From: Microcystaceae cyanobacterium
GTDB lineage: Bacteria; Cyanobacteriota; Cyanobacteriia; Cyanobacteriales; Microcystaceae
Reading direction: 5' to 3'
Length of the DNA: 64,000 nucleotides
Assembly (NCBI GenBank): GCA_041746575.1
Contig: JBGTGT010000084.1
Location: forward strand, 1 to 64,000
The notes under the pieces were generated by a model. That model did no database searches, had not been told where the DNA came from, and saw only the letters and a list, made by a program, of their open reading frames with translations. Positions 45,077 through 55,379 of the stretch are shown here, one piece after another (position 1 is the first letter of the stretch; every line of letters starts with the position of its first letter). A program made the translations under genes and the position numbers.

Positions 45077-45616
45077 TTAAAATTTTTGCCCTAATTGACT
45101 CAAATTTAAAGCATAGCCGCCAACGACCAAATAAACTGTATCCGATAAAGTGCCAATTTGACGGGTTAAATATCCTAAACGATCCCGAAAACACCTTCCC
45201 GACTCATAAGATGGAATAATACCCCATCCTGTTTCTTCTGCCACAAAAATTAGGATTATCGGTTTATCCTTCACTATGTTAAGGATATTCAATAACGCTA
45301 CAACTGTTTCGTCCCAAGTCTCGTCATTCTGAGTTAATAAGTTAGCTACCCACGTTCCCAAAGAATCAATTAGTAAACAATGCTCAGAGAGGCTATTCGC
45401 TAAAATTGTGTTTAAATGAAGGGGACAGTGCCTAATTTGCCAATGTTGAGGGCGACGCAGACGATGCGCTTCAATACGGGCTTGCCATTGAATGTCTTCG
45501 GGATAATCTTGAGCAGTGGCTATATAAATGACCGGATTTTTTTGATTTTTAGCAATATTTTCGGCAAATTCGCTTTTCCCTGAACGGGCTGCGCCAGTGA
45601 CAAGAATAATAGACAT
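45077..45616 (-). CDS. cobU: Adenosylcobinamide kinase/guanylyltransferase
   Basis: GAARSGKS, YIATA, RIEAHR, EETGWG, FRD. Confidence 0.9.
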   Translation of the reverse strand: MSIILVTGAARSGKSEFAENIAKNQKNPVIYIATAQDYPEDIQWQARIEAHRLRRPQHWQIRHCPLHLNTILANSLSEHCLLIDSLGTWVANLLTQNDETWDETVVALLNILNIVKDKPIILIFVAEETGWGIIPSYESGRCFRDRLGYLTRQIGTLSDTVYLVVGGYALNLSQLGQKF

Positions 45617-45758
45617 CTAATTTGAATGATTGACTTTTATTTCGACCTTTTTTTAAGTTTAATTGCACTCACGCTCTCAAAATAGAGGTTAAAGGACTGA
45701 TCTCTTTTATACTAGAGGAGAACTCGGGTAATTGTTAATTTCAGAGTGATTATTTTTT

Positions 45759-46832
45759 ATGAAAGCTTTAATTTTGTCTGGAGGTAAAGGAACACGATTA
45801 CGGCCACTGACTTACACAGGGGCAAAACAACTGGTTCCTGTGGCTAACAAACCGATTCTTTGGTATGGGATTGAATCTATTGTACAAGCTGGAATTACCG
45901 ATATTGGCATTATTATTAGTCCTGAAACCGGAGAGGAAATTCAAGTTAAAACAGGCAATGGCGATCGCTTTGGGGCAAAAATTACCTACATTACCCAAGA
46001 TCAACCGCTTGGCCTTGCTCATGCGGTGAAGATGGCTCAACCTTTCTTAGGTAATTTGCCTTTTATTATGTATTTAGGCGATAATTTGGTAGAAGATCCC
46101 CTATATCCTTTTATTAACACTTTTCAGTCCCATCAAGATGCGGCGTTTATTTTATTGAAAAAAGTCTCTAATCCCAGTGCTTTTGGGGTTGCGAAGGTAG
46201 ATAATACAGGAAAAGTAATTCAACTGATTGAAAAACCGAAAGAACCTCCGTCTAATCTTGCTTTAGTGGGTATTTATTTCTTTTCTCCTTCGATTCATGA
46301 GGCGATCGCATCGATTCAACCATCGGCACGGGGGGAATTAGAAATTACGGATGCCATTCAAGCGTTAATTCAGATGCAAAAACCAGTTGAAGCATTGCAA
46401 TTGAGTGGATGGTGGTTAGATACAGGGAAAAAAGACGATTTATTAGAAGCGAATCGGATTATTTTGGACACTCGTTTAGAAAGTGATTGTCAAGGACAGA
46501 TTGATGCACAAAGTCAAGTAATCGGACGGGTCAAAATCGGTGTAAATTCTCAGATTATTAATAGTACGATTCGGGGTCCTGTTATTATTGGCGAAAATTG
46601 TCAGATTGAAAATTGTTTTATTGGCCCTTATAGCAGTATTGCCCATGGGGTAATCTTACAAGATTCTGATTTGGAACATAGTGTTATTTTGGAAAAGGCG
46701 CAGGTTTCAGGCGTAAAACAGCGTATTGTCGATAGCGTCATCGGACAAAGGGCAAAGTTAACAGTAGCCCCTAAACGGCCGCAAGCGTTACGCTTTATGA
46801 TTGGGGATGATTCTCAAATTGAATTAACTTAA
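45759..46832 (+). CDS. rfbA: Glucose-1-phosphate thymidylyltransferase (long form)
   Basis: GGKGTRLRP, KQLVPVANKP, RGELEITD, WWLDTG, C-terminal hexapeptide repeats. Confidence 0.9.
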   Translation: MKALILSGGKGTRLRPLTYTGAKQLVPVANKPILWYGIESIVQAGITDIGIIISPETGEEIQVKTGNGDRFGAKITYITQDQPLGLAHAVKMAQPFLGNLPFIMYLGDNLVEDPLYPFINTFQSHQDAAFILLKKVSNPSAFGVAKVDNTGKVIQLIEKPKEPPSNLALVGIYFFSPSIHEAIASIQPSARGELEITDAIQALIQMQKPVEALQLSGWWLDTGKKDDLLEANRIILDTRLESDCQGQIDAQSQVIGRVKIGVNSQIINSTIRGPVIIGENCQIENCFIGPYSSIAHGVILQDSDLEHSVILEKAQVSGVKQRIVDSVIGQRAKLTVAPKRPQALRFMIGDDSQIELT

Positions 46833-47032
46833 AACCTGAGTCTAATGATAGACTGCGAAAAAAACAAGCTTTGTTTGCGTAGTTTCCTCAACTTGATCTA
46901 GAAGAGGAGCGAATCATTGGATTGAGATGAAAGGGGAAATTGAAATATTAATTTAAGCGTAAATGCAGAGGGCATTTTTCCGAAAAAAAGGGAACACTAG
47001 AGGTATCAAGAGATAAAGCGTATGGGAGAGTA

Positions 47033-47224
47033 ATGATGAATACTTATGATCTAAAATGCTACAAAAAAACCTATCAAGATCCCCATTATTGGGATAAAGT
47101 CGAATGTTCCTCTCAATCTGAGCAAGATCAGCATTGGGCAAACTGCCGCCATTTAACTGACCGATTTTATCAAGAATTACTGCTTAGAGGCTATTTAATC
47201 CCTCGCTCAGAAAATCAAACCTAG
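47033..47224 (+). CDS. Small hypothetical protein
   Basis: 63-aa ORF with GGGAG SD, sitting in an intergenic gap. Confidence 0.4.
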   Translation: MMNTYDLKCYKKTYQDPHYWDKVECSSQSEQDQHWANCRHLTDRFYQELLLRGYLIPRSENQT

Positions 47225-47283
47225 CTTGAGAGTTAACAGTAGAATAGGAATCATTAACCCACGAATCCTAAATTATTGTAGGC

Positions 47284-48246
47284 ATGACGGAAACGGCACA
47301 AACCTTTCATCTTCCCACCCCCGAAAGTGCGATGGCTTTAGCCGGGAAAGGCGAAGAAAATCTTATTTTTTTAAGTCGGCAAACAGGAACAAATTTAATT
47401 TTACGCGGACAAGACCTGCAAATACTGGGTCAATCGGCGGCTGTTGAACGGGTGATAAAGATTATCAATGTGCTGAGTCCTTTGTGGGAGCAAGCAAAAG
47501 CAATTGCTCGTCCTGATTTGATGACGGCTTTTCATGCCTTAGATACGGACAGAGTAGATGAATATAAAGAATTACAGCACAAACCCCTTGCCCGAACCCG
47601 TCGAGGCGAGTCCATTTATGCGAAAACCTTTCGTCAGCAACAGTATATTAAAGCGATTCAACGCCATGATATTACGTTTTGTATCGGGCCGGCTGGTACA
47701 GGCAAAACTTTTTTAGCGGCGGTTTTAGCGGTACAGGCTTTGTTAAATAATGACTTTGATCGCCTTATTTTAACGCGTCCGGCGGTGGAGGCGGGGGAAA
47801 AATTGGGTTTTTTACCGGGGGACTTGCAACAGAAAGTCAATCCTTTCCTACGTCCGCTTTATGATGCTTTATACGAGTTTATTGATCCCGAAAAAATTCC
47901 GGATCTGATGGAGCGGGGTAAAATTGAAGTTGCGCCTTTAGCTTATATGCGGGGACGAACTTTAAGTAATGCGTTTGTCATTGTCGATGAAGCTCAAAAT
48001 ACGACACCGGCTCAATTGAAAATGGTATTAACGCGCTTAGGTTTTGGCTCGAAAATGGTGGTAACGGGGGATATTACGCAGACAGACTTACCTGTACATC
48101 AAGAATCGGGGTTAGTGGTTGCGAGAAATATTTTGAAAGCCGTTGAAGGGATTGGGTTTTGTACGTTTTCTCAAGCAGATGTCGTGCGTCATCCGTTAGT
48201 ACAGCGTATTGTAGAAGCCTACGAAAGGCAGGAAATGAGGCAATGA
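47284..48246 (+). CDS. phoH: PhoH-family ATPase
   Basis: GPAGTGKT, RPAVEAGEKLGFLPG, MRGRT, DEAQN, VVRHPLV. Confidence 0.93.
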   Translation: MTETAQTFHLPTPESAMALAGKGEENLIFLSRQTGTNLILRGQDLQILGQSAAVERVIKIINVLSPLWEQAKAIARPDLMTAFHALDTDRVDEYKELQHKPLARTRRGESIYAKTFRQQQYIKAIQRHDITFCIGPAGTGKTFLAAVLAVQALLNNDFDRLILTRPAVEAGEKLGFLPGDLQQKVNPFLRPLYDALYEFIDPEKIPDLMERGKIEVAPLAYMRGRTLSNAFVIVDEAQNTTPAQLKMVLTRLGFGSKMVVTGDITQTDLPVHQESGLVVARNILKAVEGIGFCTFSQADVVRHPLVQRIVEAYERQEMRQ

Positions 48247-48284
48247 TGAATAATACTCCATTCTCCTAGTCCAAAAATGAAATG

Positions 48285-49050
48285 CTACAAGATACGTTTT
48301 AAATGAAGAATAAAATTGGGTAAAGTGTCTTCACACGATAAATAAGTGGGGTTTTCTAAAATTTCAACTTCTTTACCGTGATGGTAAATCTCAACGCTCT
48401 GATTCTGAGGGTCGATTAACCATCCTAACTTTGCGCCATTTTCGATATATTCAATCATTTTAGCTTGTAATTTAACGTGAGTTCGACCATCAGAAAAGCT
48501 ACGAAACTTCTTCATTTAATTTTTTTTCATTTATTTTGTGCAGGGGGCTAGTCCCCCAATCAAGAATTTGTTTTTCCTTTCCCAATCCCAATCAGAATGA
48601 ACAAAAAAATTGAGATAATTGCCCTCGCCGAACTCACGTTAATTTAGCAAGATTATTGGATTGGGAGCGTAATTCGATGATAAAGTTAGGACAAAGAGGA
48701 ACGAAGCCTTTTTTCTGTTCGGGAGTCAAGGATTGCCATCGTTCTCGACTTATCCAAGAGGCATCAGGGGAACGATTTGCTCCATTCGGCAGTTTAAAGC
48801 CGGTAGAAGCGTCGAAACCTTGCCCTAGTTCTTCATTTTCTTCGCACCAGCGAGCTAGTTGCCCCGTAATCTTAAAGTTTCGCCGTCCTGATTCGCCTCC
48901 TGTGGGGGGATTCACGATTAGTTCTCCTTGTGCAGTGCGTTCGAGTCTTAAGTCGCTGTTAACGGCAGAAAGTGCCTCAAATTGTTCTGATGTAACATAG
49001 AGGTTAATGGTGCTAGGCAGTTCGAGGGATAGGGTTGGCGTTTTTATCAT
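48285..49050 (-). pseudogene. Uma2-family (DUF820) endonuclease interrupted by a MITE
   Basis: N-half ends ...ELRSQSNNLAK and C-half begins LQAKMIEYIENGAKLGWLIDP; removing the insert restores the frame. Confidence 0.9.
48474..48640. mobile_element. 167-bp non-autonomous MITE with 12-bp TIRs and 5-bp TSD
   Basis: AACGTGAGTTCG (48474-85) / CGAACTCACGTT (48629-40); AATTT at both 48469-73 and 48641-45. Confidence 0.9.
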
Positions 49051-49095
49051 CGTTAAGATGGATGAATTTTGAGGCTATCTCTTAAGATTATAAAA

Positions 49096-50280
49096 TCAAC
49101 CTAAATCTTTAGTGAGCAGTTTCTCATAAAAAGTCAATTGTTTTTTCGCTAATGCCAAATTTGTATAATTTTCCATTGTTCTTTGATAACCTAATTCGGC
49201 ATACTTTTCTGCTAACTGAGGTTGTTCGATAAACTGGCGTAAACAATGACTTAATGCCTCTGAATCTTTCTCAGGAAAAATCAAACCAGCCTCCCCAATC
49301 ACATTAGGAATTTCTCCAGAATCTGAACCGATAACAGGGACTTTACAAGCCATTGCTTCAATTAAAACATGACCAAATTGTTCTTTCCATCCCACAGACG
49401 TTAAAGTTTTAAATTGTGTATCTGTTTCGGAGGGTAAAACTAAGGTATTCATCCCATTAATATAATCTGCGACTTGATCATGAGGAACGCTTTCTACGAA
49501 GATTAATCTATCTTGAATTCCTGCCTTGATGGCTTCCTTTTGAATTGTTTCTTTTAAATCTCCTCGACCTAAGAGTAACACTTTCCAGTTTAATTCTTGA
49601 AGTTTAGGCAATGCTTTAATTAGGGTTAAAATTCCTTTTTCTGCTACAAATCTACCGACAAAGCCAATGATAAATTCATTTTCTTGAATTCCTAATTTTT
49701 GACGCAATTCGGGTTGAGCTTTCGGGACGAACAACGTTTCATCTACGCCTAATTGAGGTAAAACGCAATAGTCTTTTTTGTAGCCATGATCTTGTAAGAT
49801 ATCTACGGCATCCTGATTTCCTGCAATTAAACCATCTGTATTTTGAAGGTTATACTTTTCGAGAAATGATAAAGGAAATTTAGACTTATAGGGTAAATTC
49901 CACCACGTAAAAAAGCAGTTTTTTGCCTTAAGTCCCAAAAATTTATTGAAAGTTATCAATTCGGCATAAGCAAAAGATTTTATTCCTTGTTCCACTTGAA
50001 TAATATTGGGTTTAAACTCTTTTAGTAGGGAAACAATATCTAAACTAAAGGTTAATAAACCTTGATTGTTTTGACTAAAATTAGCAATAGGAATTACCCT
50101 AAAATTGCCTTCTTGCCAAGCTTGAGATTCAATTATTTTATTTTGAACGCCACCCGGATTCCAGACCTTAGGTACAACAACGGTTACCGCAATATCAGGG
50201 CGTAAGTTGGCTAATTGCTTAAGTTTTTCGCAATTTAACTGAACAATGTAAGTATGACTGACAACCAAAATTCTAATCAT
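49096..50280 (-). CDS. hpsO: GT4 glycosyltransferase, HpsO-like
   Basis: ILVVSHTY, GFVGRFVAEKG, WKEQFGHVLIEAMAC. Confidence 0.75.
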   Translation of the reverse strand: MIRILVVSHTYIVQLNCEKLKQLANLRPDIAVTVVVPKVWNPGGVQNKIIESQAWQEGNFRVIPIANFSQNNQGLLTFSLDIVSLLKEFKPNIIQVEQGIKSFAYAELITFNKFLGLKAKNCFFTWWNLPYKSKFPLSFLEKYNLQNTDGLIAGNQDAVDILQDHGYKKDYCVLPQLGVDETLFVPKAQPELRQKLGIQENEFIIGFVGRFVAEKGILTLIKALPKLQELNWKVLLLGRGDLKETIQKEAIKAGIQDRLIFVESVPHDQVADYINGMNTLVLPSETDTQFKTLTSVGWKEQFGHVLIEAMACKVPVIGSDSGEIPNVIGEAGLIFPEKDSEALSHCLRQFIEQPQLAEKYAELGYQRTMENYTNLALAKKQLTFYEKLLTKDLG

Positions 50281-50288
50281 GATTTTTT

Positions 50289-51299
50289 CTAAGATTTTCC
50301 TTCTAATTGTTCTTGCATTTGAGTGTAAATTTGACCTTCCTTGAAAAGGGATTTTAGTTGTGTCGTTATTGCATCGAAAAAGCCTAAGCTATAAAATACC
50401 CCACGGCTGGCAATTTTAATCGGTGAACCACTTTTATAACAAGGAGGATTTCCTAGAACATGACAGTCGAATAATTTAGCATAAAGTCGTAATTGTTGAC
50501 CTAAAGTAAGGTTTTTTTGTGCCATCAAAAAATGATTATGATAAAAGGTAATTTGATACTTTAAAGAACGAGTGGTAATATCATGGCATCCTCCTGTTTC
50601 TTCTCCTAAGTGAACTAAATACGCTTTCGGATCATACCAAATTTGATAGTTTGTTTGGCGTAATCTTAAGCAAAAGTCCGATTCTTCCCTGACTGCACTC
50701 CCTCTGAAACGCTCATCAAACCATATCCCGTGTTTCATCAAAATATCCCGCCGGAACGACATATTACAGCCCCTCGCTGAGATTACCTGTTGTGGTTGGG
50801 TTGTATGAACCAAATCGATGTGATACCATGCAATACCCGGATCTGAGGCTTCGGGGGGTAAATAGTCAATTTCATAGGCAGATTCCCCTATTTTTTGTCG
50901 CTTTGCATCGGAAATCTTCATACGATCTAAGACGCGTCCGGCCACTGCCCCAATTTCAGGATGATTGATATAATTACTAGCGTGAGCGTATAAGTAACCA
51001 TCGGGCAATTGTACGTCATCATCAATAAATAAAACAATCTCTCCCTTCGCTTGTCGAACTCCTAAGTTTCTAGCTCCCGGCAGACTTGCCCAGTTTACTC
51101 TTGTCCACTTAATTTTCTGATTATTAGCGAGTTCTTGTAAATACTGCTCAATTTCCGGCTTATGAGATATCGTTTGATCAACGACCAATATTTCCCATGA
51201 AGGATACTCTTGTTTCAGCAATTCTTCGAGGGAGTCTTTGAGAATTTCTTCTCGATTATAGGTCGGAATAATAACCGAAAGGGAAGGATAATTAACCAT
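50289..51299 (-). CDS. hpsN: GT2 glycosyltransferase, HpsN-like
   Basis: IIPTYNRE, FIDDD, RGCNMS, REESDFC; probable ATG 51299. Confidence 0.75.
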   Translation of the reverse strand: MVNYPSLSVIIPTYNREEILKDSLEELLKQEYPSWEILVVDQTISHKPEIEQYLQELANNQKIKWTRVNWASLPGARNLGVRQAKGEIVLFIDDDVQLPDGYLYAHASNYINHPEIGAVAGRVLDRMKISDAKRQKIGESAYEIDYLPPEASDPGIAWYHIDLVHTTQPQQVISARGCNMSFRRDILMKHGIWFDERFRGSAVREESDFCLRLRQTNYQIWYDPKAYLVHLGEETGGCHDITTRSLKYQITFYHNHFLMAQKNLTLGQQLRLYAKLFDCHVLGNPPCYKSGSPIKIASRGVFYSLGFFDAITTQLKSLFKEGQIYTQMQEQLEGKS

Positions 51300-51389
51300 T
51301 GCAACCCCGTCAAAAAAACTTATTGGTAGCGTAGCAGACCTTGTTTTTTTAGGCAATCTATCCCGTCTAAATTTAATGTTTAAAGTAAT

Positions 51390-52466
51390 TTAACGAGACT
51401 TCCAAAAGTATTGTCCCATACTAATAATCAGTGTAATTACTGTCAAAGGAACTACGAAAAAACCCATTAATTGACGATATAGTGCCATATTTTCATAATT
51501 AACTGTATCTAAAATTAAATATCCTGTATAAGCCCCATAGTAAATTATAAATAAAATTCCTTCCCAACGGGCAATTTGTCTTCCCGTTAAAAAGATAGGA
51601 AAACAAGCAATAGCCACGGCTATCATCAGGGGAATATCAAAAGACAAAGCCGCTTGTGAAACTTTAATCCCTTGAGGAGAAATAATAGCTGTTGCTCCTA
51701 AGACAACTAAAATATTAAAGATATTACTACCGACTACATTACCCACTGAAATATCTTGTTCTTTTTTTAAACTAGCGATAATCGAACTGGCTAGTTCAGG
51801 TAAAGATGTTCCCATGGCAACAATCGTTAATCCAATCACTAATTCACTCACCCCAATCGTTTTAGCAATCGCTACAGCACTATGAATAAGCCAATTCGAA
51901 CCCAAAACAAGCATCCCTAATCCTCCTAATATTAAGAGGCTATCTTTGAGCCAAGTATTTGAGCTATCAGACTTATTAACAATTTCTTCTACTTCATCTG
52001 AGGTATTTTGTCCTTCTCGATAACTATTACATAACAAGAAAGTAGTATAAGCCAATCCACCACTTAAAAAGACAACGCCTTCCATTCTATTAATATTACC
52101 ATCCCAAGCAAAAACCAAAGCAAAAATAGATGCAGCGATCATGATAGGGACATCAAAATGTAATAATTGTCGAGCAATATTCATCGGGGAAATAGAAGCA
52201 CAAATTCCTAAAACAAATAAAACATTAAAAATATTACTACCCACCACATTGCCGATGGCAATATCGGACTTACCTGTCAAAGCAGATTCTAGATTAACCG
52301 CCAATTCTGGCGAACTTGTGCCAAAAGCAACAATTGTTAATCCCACCACTAAAGAAGAAATACCGACCTTAACCGCTATCCGAGAAGCCCCATTAACTAA
52401 GCAGTCTGCCCCGAGAACTAATAATACTAATCCTGCAACCAATTGTATTAAAGTAATAATGCTCAT
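51390..52466 (-). CDS. Calcium/sodium antiporter (YrbG-type)
   Basis: Two alpha repeats GTSSPEL/GTSLPEL and GNVVGSNIFN. Confidence 0.92.
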   Translation of the reverse strand: MSIITLIQLVAGLVLLVLGADCLVNGASRIAVKVGISSLVVGLTIVAFGTSSPELAVNLESALTGKSDIAIGNVVGSNIFNVLFVLGICASISPMNIARQLLHFDVPIMIAASIFALVFAWDGNINRMEGVVFLSGGLAYTTFLLCNSYREGQNTSDEVEEIVNKSDSSNTWLKDSLLILGGLGMLVLGSNWLIHSAVAIAKTIGVSELVIGLTIVAMGTSLPELASSIIASLKKEQDISVGNVVGSNIFNILVVLGATAIISPQGIKVSQAALSFDIPLMIAVAIACFPIFLTGRQIARWEGILFIIYYGAYTGYLILDTVNYENMALYRQLMGFFVVPLTVITLIISMGQYFWKSR

Positions 52467-52666
52467 AAAAAAGAGTTAAATCGTCAGTGGCTATTTGTTT
52501 ACTATGACACAATTATCCAACCTACACTAGATCTCTAATGACGAAAATGGAGATAACTTCTTTACAAAATTTAAAGTTTGGGTGAAATCCCTACTTAAAC
52601 TCCTATAGATATCAGTCCAATCAATTCTTTACAATCAAGACAGATTACCATCATGAAGCTCGTATT

Positions 52667-53350
52667 ATGGCACTAGGAGATCAAATTTACGTTTATCGAG
52701 AACTGGGAAATTTACAGGGGGTTTATGAACATCATGGTATTGATTGCGGCGATGATACGGTCATTCATTATCGTAAACCCAGTGAAACCATTGAACGCAC
52801 CACTTTGTCCACTTTTTCAAGGGGCAATCCCGTCTATAAAAGAGATTATTTAGATGGCTTTTGTTTTATTCCTGATGTGGTTGCCACTCGCGCGACAAAG
52901 CGGTTAGGAGAACAAAAATACAATCTCTTATTCAATAATTGTGAACATTTTGCTACTTGGTGTAAAACGGGTATTAACGATAGCAAACAGATTCGAGAAT
53001 TTATCCCTTTTATTACTAACTTCAACACAGACAATCTTTACGAACCCATTAGAAAATCTCTCAATATTCCTGATAGTAATAATGCTCAACGATTACTTAA
53101 TGAAGCCTTGGGTAGCATTCAAGTAGCGTGGGATGATTTACAACCCCAGTACAAACAAATGATGGCAGAAGTCAATAGTTGGCAAAACGTGGCTATGGAA
53201 GCCCTCAAACGTCATCGAGAAGACCTTGCTAAAGCCGCCCTACAGAAAAAACTGGATTATGAAAAACAAGCGCAAGACCTTAAGATACAATTAGATCAAC
53301 TGGCCAAGATGACAGAAGACGTCGTCAAAAAATTAATGCAGTTTGACTAA
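52667..53350 (+). CDS. LRAT (NlpC/P60) domain protein with PspA-like C-terminal helix
   Basis: HHGI, VIHY and NNCEHF LRAT motifs; C-terminal ALKRHREDLAKAAL. Confidence 0.8.
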   Translation: MALGDQIYVYRELGNLQGVYEHHGIDCGDDTVIHYRKPSETIERTTLSTFSRGNPVYKRDYLDGFCFIPDVVATRATKRLGEQKYNLLFNNCEHFATWCKTGINDSKQIREFIPFITNFNTDNLYEPIRKSLNIPDSNNAQRLLNEALGSIQVAWDDLQPQYKQMMAEVNSWQNVAMEALKRHREDLAKAALQKKLDYEKQAQDLKIQLDQLAKMTEDVVKKLMQFD

Positions 53351-53356
53351 AAACAA

Positions 53357-54151
53357 ATGAAAAATGTTGCCAAGCCTGTCTTAATTGAATTAAAAAGGGT
53401 ACGAAAAAGCTTTGGAGATCTAGTTGTTCTCGATGACATGGATCTGACAATTTATGAAGGGGAAGCTTTAGTAATCATCGGTCCTTCTGGAACGGGAAAA
53501 TCTACGATTCTACGCGTTATTGCTGGACTCATTCCTATGGATGCTGGAGAAATTTATATTAGAGGAAAAAAGCGTACCAAACTGGCTGAGGATGGGCAAG
53601 AATTAATGCGAATTTCACTTGTTTTTCAGCAAGCTGCCCTCTTTGATTCTCTCAGTGTTCGACAAAATGTTGGCTTTTTATTATACGAACATTCTCGTCT
53701 TAGCGATGCAGAAATCAATACATTAGTGGAAGAAAAATTAGCAATGGTAGGATTACAGGGAATGGGCGATCGCTATCCTTCTCAGCTATCAGGAGGAATG
53801 CAAAAAAGAGCGAGTTTTGCCCGCGCCATTATGACCAATCCAGCGAATTCTCATGATGATCCTGAAATTATTCTTTATGATGAACCAACAGCCGGATTAG
53901 ATCCGATTTCTTCTACGATTATTGAAGATTTAGTTCGTCATTTGCAAACCTCTTTAGGAGGATGTAAAACCTATGTTATGGTCACTCACCAAAATAGTAC
54001 CATTCGACGAACAGCTGATCGCGTGATTTTTTTATATCAAGGAAAAGTACAATGGCAGGGAACGGTAAATGAACTGGATATCACGGATAATCCTCTCGTT
54101 CGTCAGTTTTTTAGTGGAAATATTAAAGGGCCGATTCAAGTGATTGATTAA
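53357..54151 (+). CDS. ABC ATPase of MlaF/TGD3 type
   Basis: GPSGTGKS, FQQAALFDSL, LSGGMQKR, YDEPTAGLDP, NPLVRQF. Confidence 0.85.
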   Translation: MKNVAKPVLIELKRVRKSFGDLVVLDDMDLTIYEGEALVIIGPSGTGKSTILRVIAGLIPMDAGEIYIRGKKRTKLAEDGQELMRISLVFQQAALFDSLSVRQNVGFLLYEHSRLSDAEINTLVEEKLAMVGLQGMGDRYPSQLSGGMQKRASFARAIMTNPANSHDDPEIILYDEPTAGLDPISSTIIEDLVRHLQTSLGGCKTYVMVTHQNSTIRRTADRVIFLYQGKVQWQGTVNELDITDNPLVRQFFSGNIKGPIQVID

Positions 54152-54231
54152 TTTTAGCAGAGAGATTATGTTTCAAATGACCTTTGTTAGCACTCGATTT
54201 TAGCGGTACTTTGACATTCAAATAACCCTTG

Positions 54232-55197
54232 TTAATTAAATTTCCCCTCTTTTAACGCTAACATATTTAATAAAGTACATTCCCAAACGAGGCGAGGTTG
54301 CACATAGCTTAATAGTGCTTTTTTGGCTTCCTCTAAGAGTTCTAAATAAGTCTTATTTTGTTGCTTTTGCCAATAGAAATGTTGTAAATAATCGATTAGC
54401 CATAACTGCATTTCTGAATCCAAATCTTGAGCAATTAATTTACTTAGCTTTAAAGCATTAATTGGATGGGTAATGGGTTCAGTTAGTTTTTCTTTGAGTA
54501 TTTTGGGTAATTCTTGCCACTGTTGAGAAGACTTAATCGCCTCTCCCGGCGACCCTTGGGCGATCGCTAACAGTTCTGGATGTTGTAAAATTTGCCCATA
54601 ACCCTTTTGTTGTAAAATCTCTGCCATCAATTCAGCCGATAAGCGATAAAAAGGAATTCGTTGACAACGGGAAACAATGGTAGAAATGAGAGAATCTAGA
54701 CGAGGTGCTAGTAAAATTAACGTTGCTTTTCTAGGCTCCTCCAAGGTTTTTAATAAGCCATTAGCGGCAGCTTCTGTCATCGTATGTGCCGCTTCAATCA
54801 CCACCACCAAACGAGATGCTTCTAGGGGAGGACGACTGAGAAATTGACTAATTTGTCGCACTTGTTCAATCCGCAGTTGAGGAGGCGTTTTGCGAGCAAG
54901 TCCTTTTTCGGACGCTTCTTTGGCATTATATAACTGTCCCTGATGCTGATAGGTGGGTTCAACCCATAGCAAATCAGGATGATTACCTTCTTGAATCTTA
55001 TGAGTTGAAATTGTCTTTTTTCCGTCGGGTAAATCGAAAAGAAGTAGTAACTTAGCAAATTCTTTTGCTGTTAATGCTTTACCTATTCCTGCCACGCCAA
55101 AGAATAGATAAGCAGGGGCAATCCTTTGCCGTTTTAAAGCCTGACGAAGTAACTCAATTCCTTGGACTTGTCCTTTTATTTCATTAAAATCGCTCAT
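54232..55197 (-). CDS. holB: DNA polymerase III subunit delta'
   Basis: AYLFFG..GIGK, HPD, AANGLLKTLEEP, SRCQ. Confidence 0.9.
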   Translation of the reverse strand: MSDFNEIKGQVQGIELLRQALKRQRIAPAYLFFGVAGIGKALTAKEFAKLLLLFDLPDGKKTISTHKIQEGNHPDLLWVEPTYQHQGQLYNAKEASEKGLARKTPPQLRIEQVRQISQFLSRPPLEASRLVVVIEAAHTMTEAAANGLLKTLEEPRKATLILLAPRLDSLISTIVSRCQRIPFYRLSAELMAEILQQKGYGQILQHPELLAIAQGSPGEAIKSSQQWQELPKILKEKLTEPITHPINALKLSKLIAQDLDSEMQLWLIDYLQHFYWQKQQNKTYLELLEEAKKALLSYVQPRLVWECTLLNMLALKEGKFN

Positions 55198-55337
55198 TTT
55201 AAACTTTTTTGCAGAAAAATGACCTCATTTCATTAAAAACTAATGTTAAACTAACCCTTGCTAAAGCCATAGAGTAATAATTTTCATTATACAAGAGAAA
55301 TAAGCCAAATATCCTCTAAATTCAGGAAAGACTAAGG

Positions 55338-55379
55338 GTCATCGGTACTCCGGCTTGGAAAGCCGGAGCCTGCGATGAC
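55338..55379. repeat. GC-rich intergenic hairpin
   Basis: GTCATCG/CGATGAC outer stem and CTCCGGCTT/AAGCCGGAG inner stem. Confidence 0.6.
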
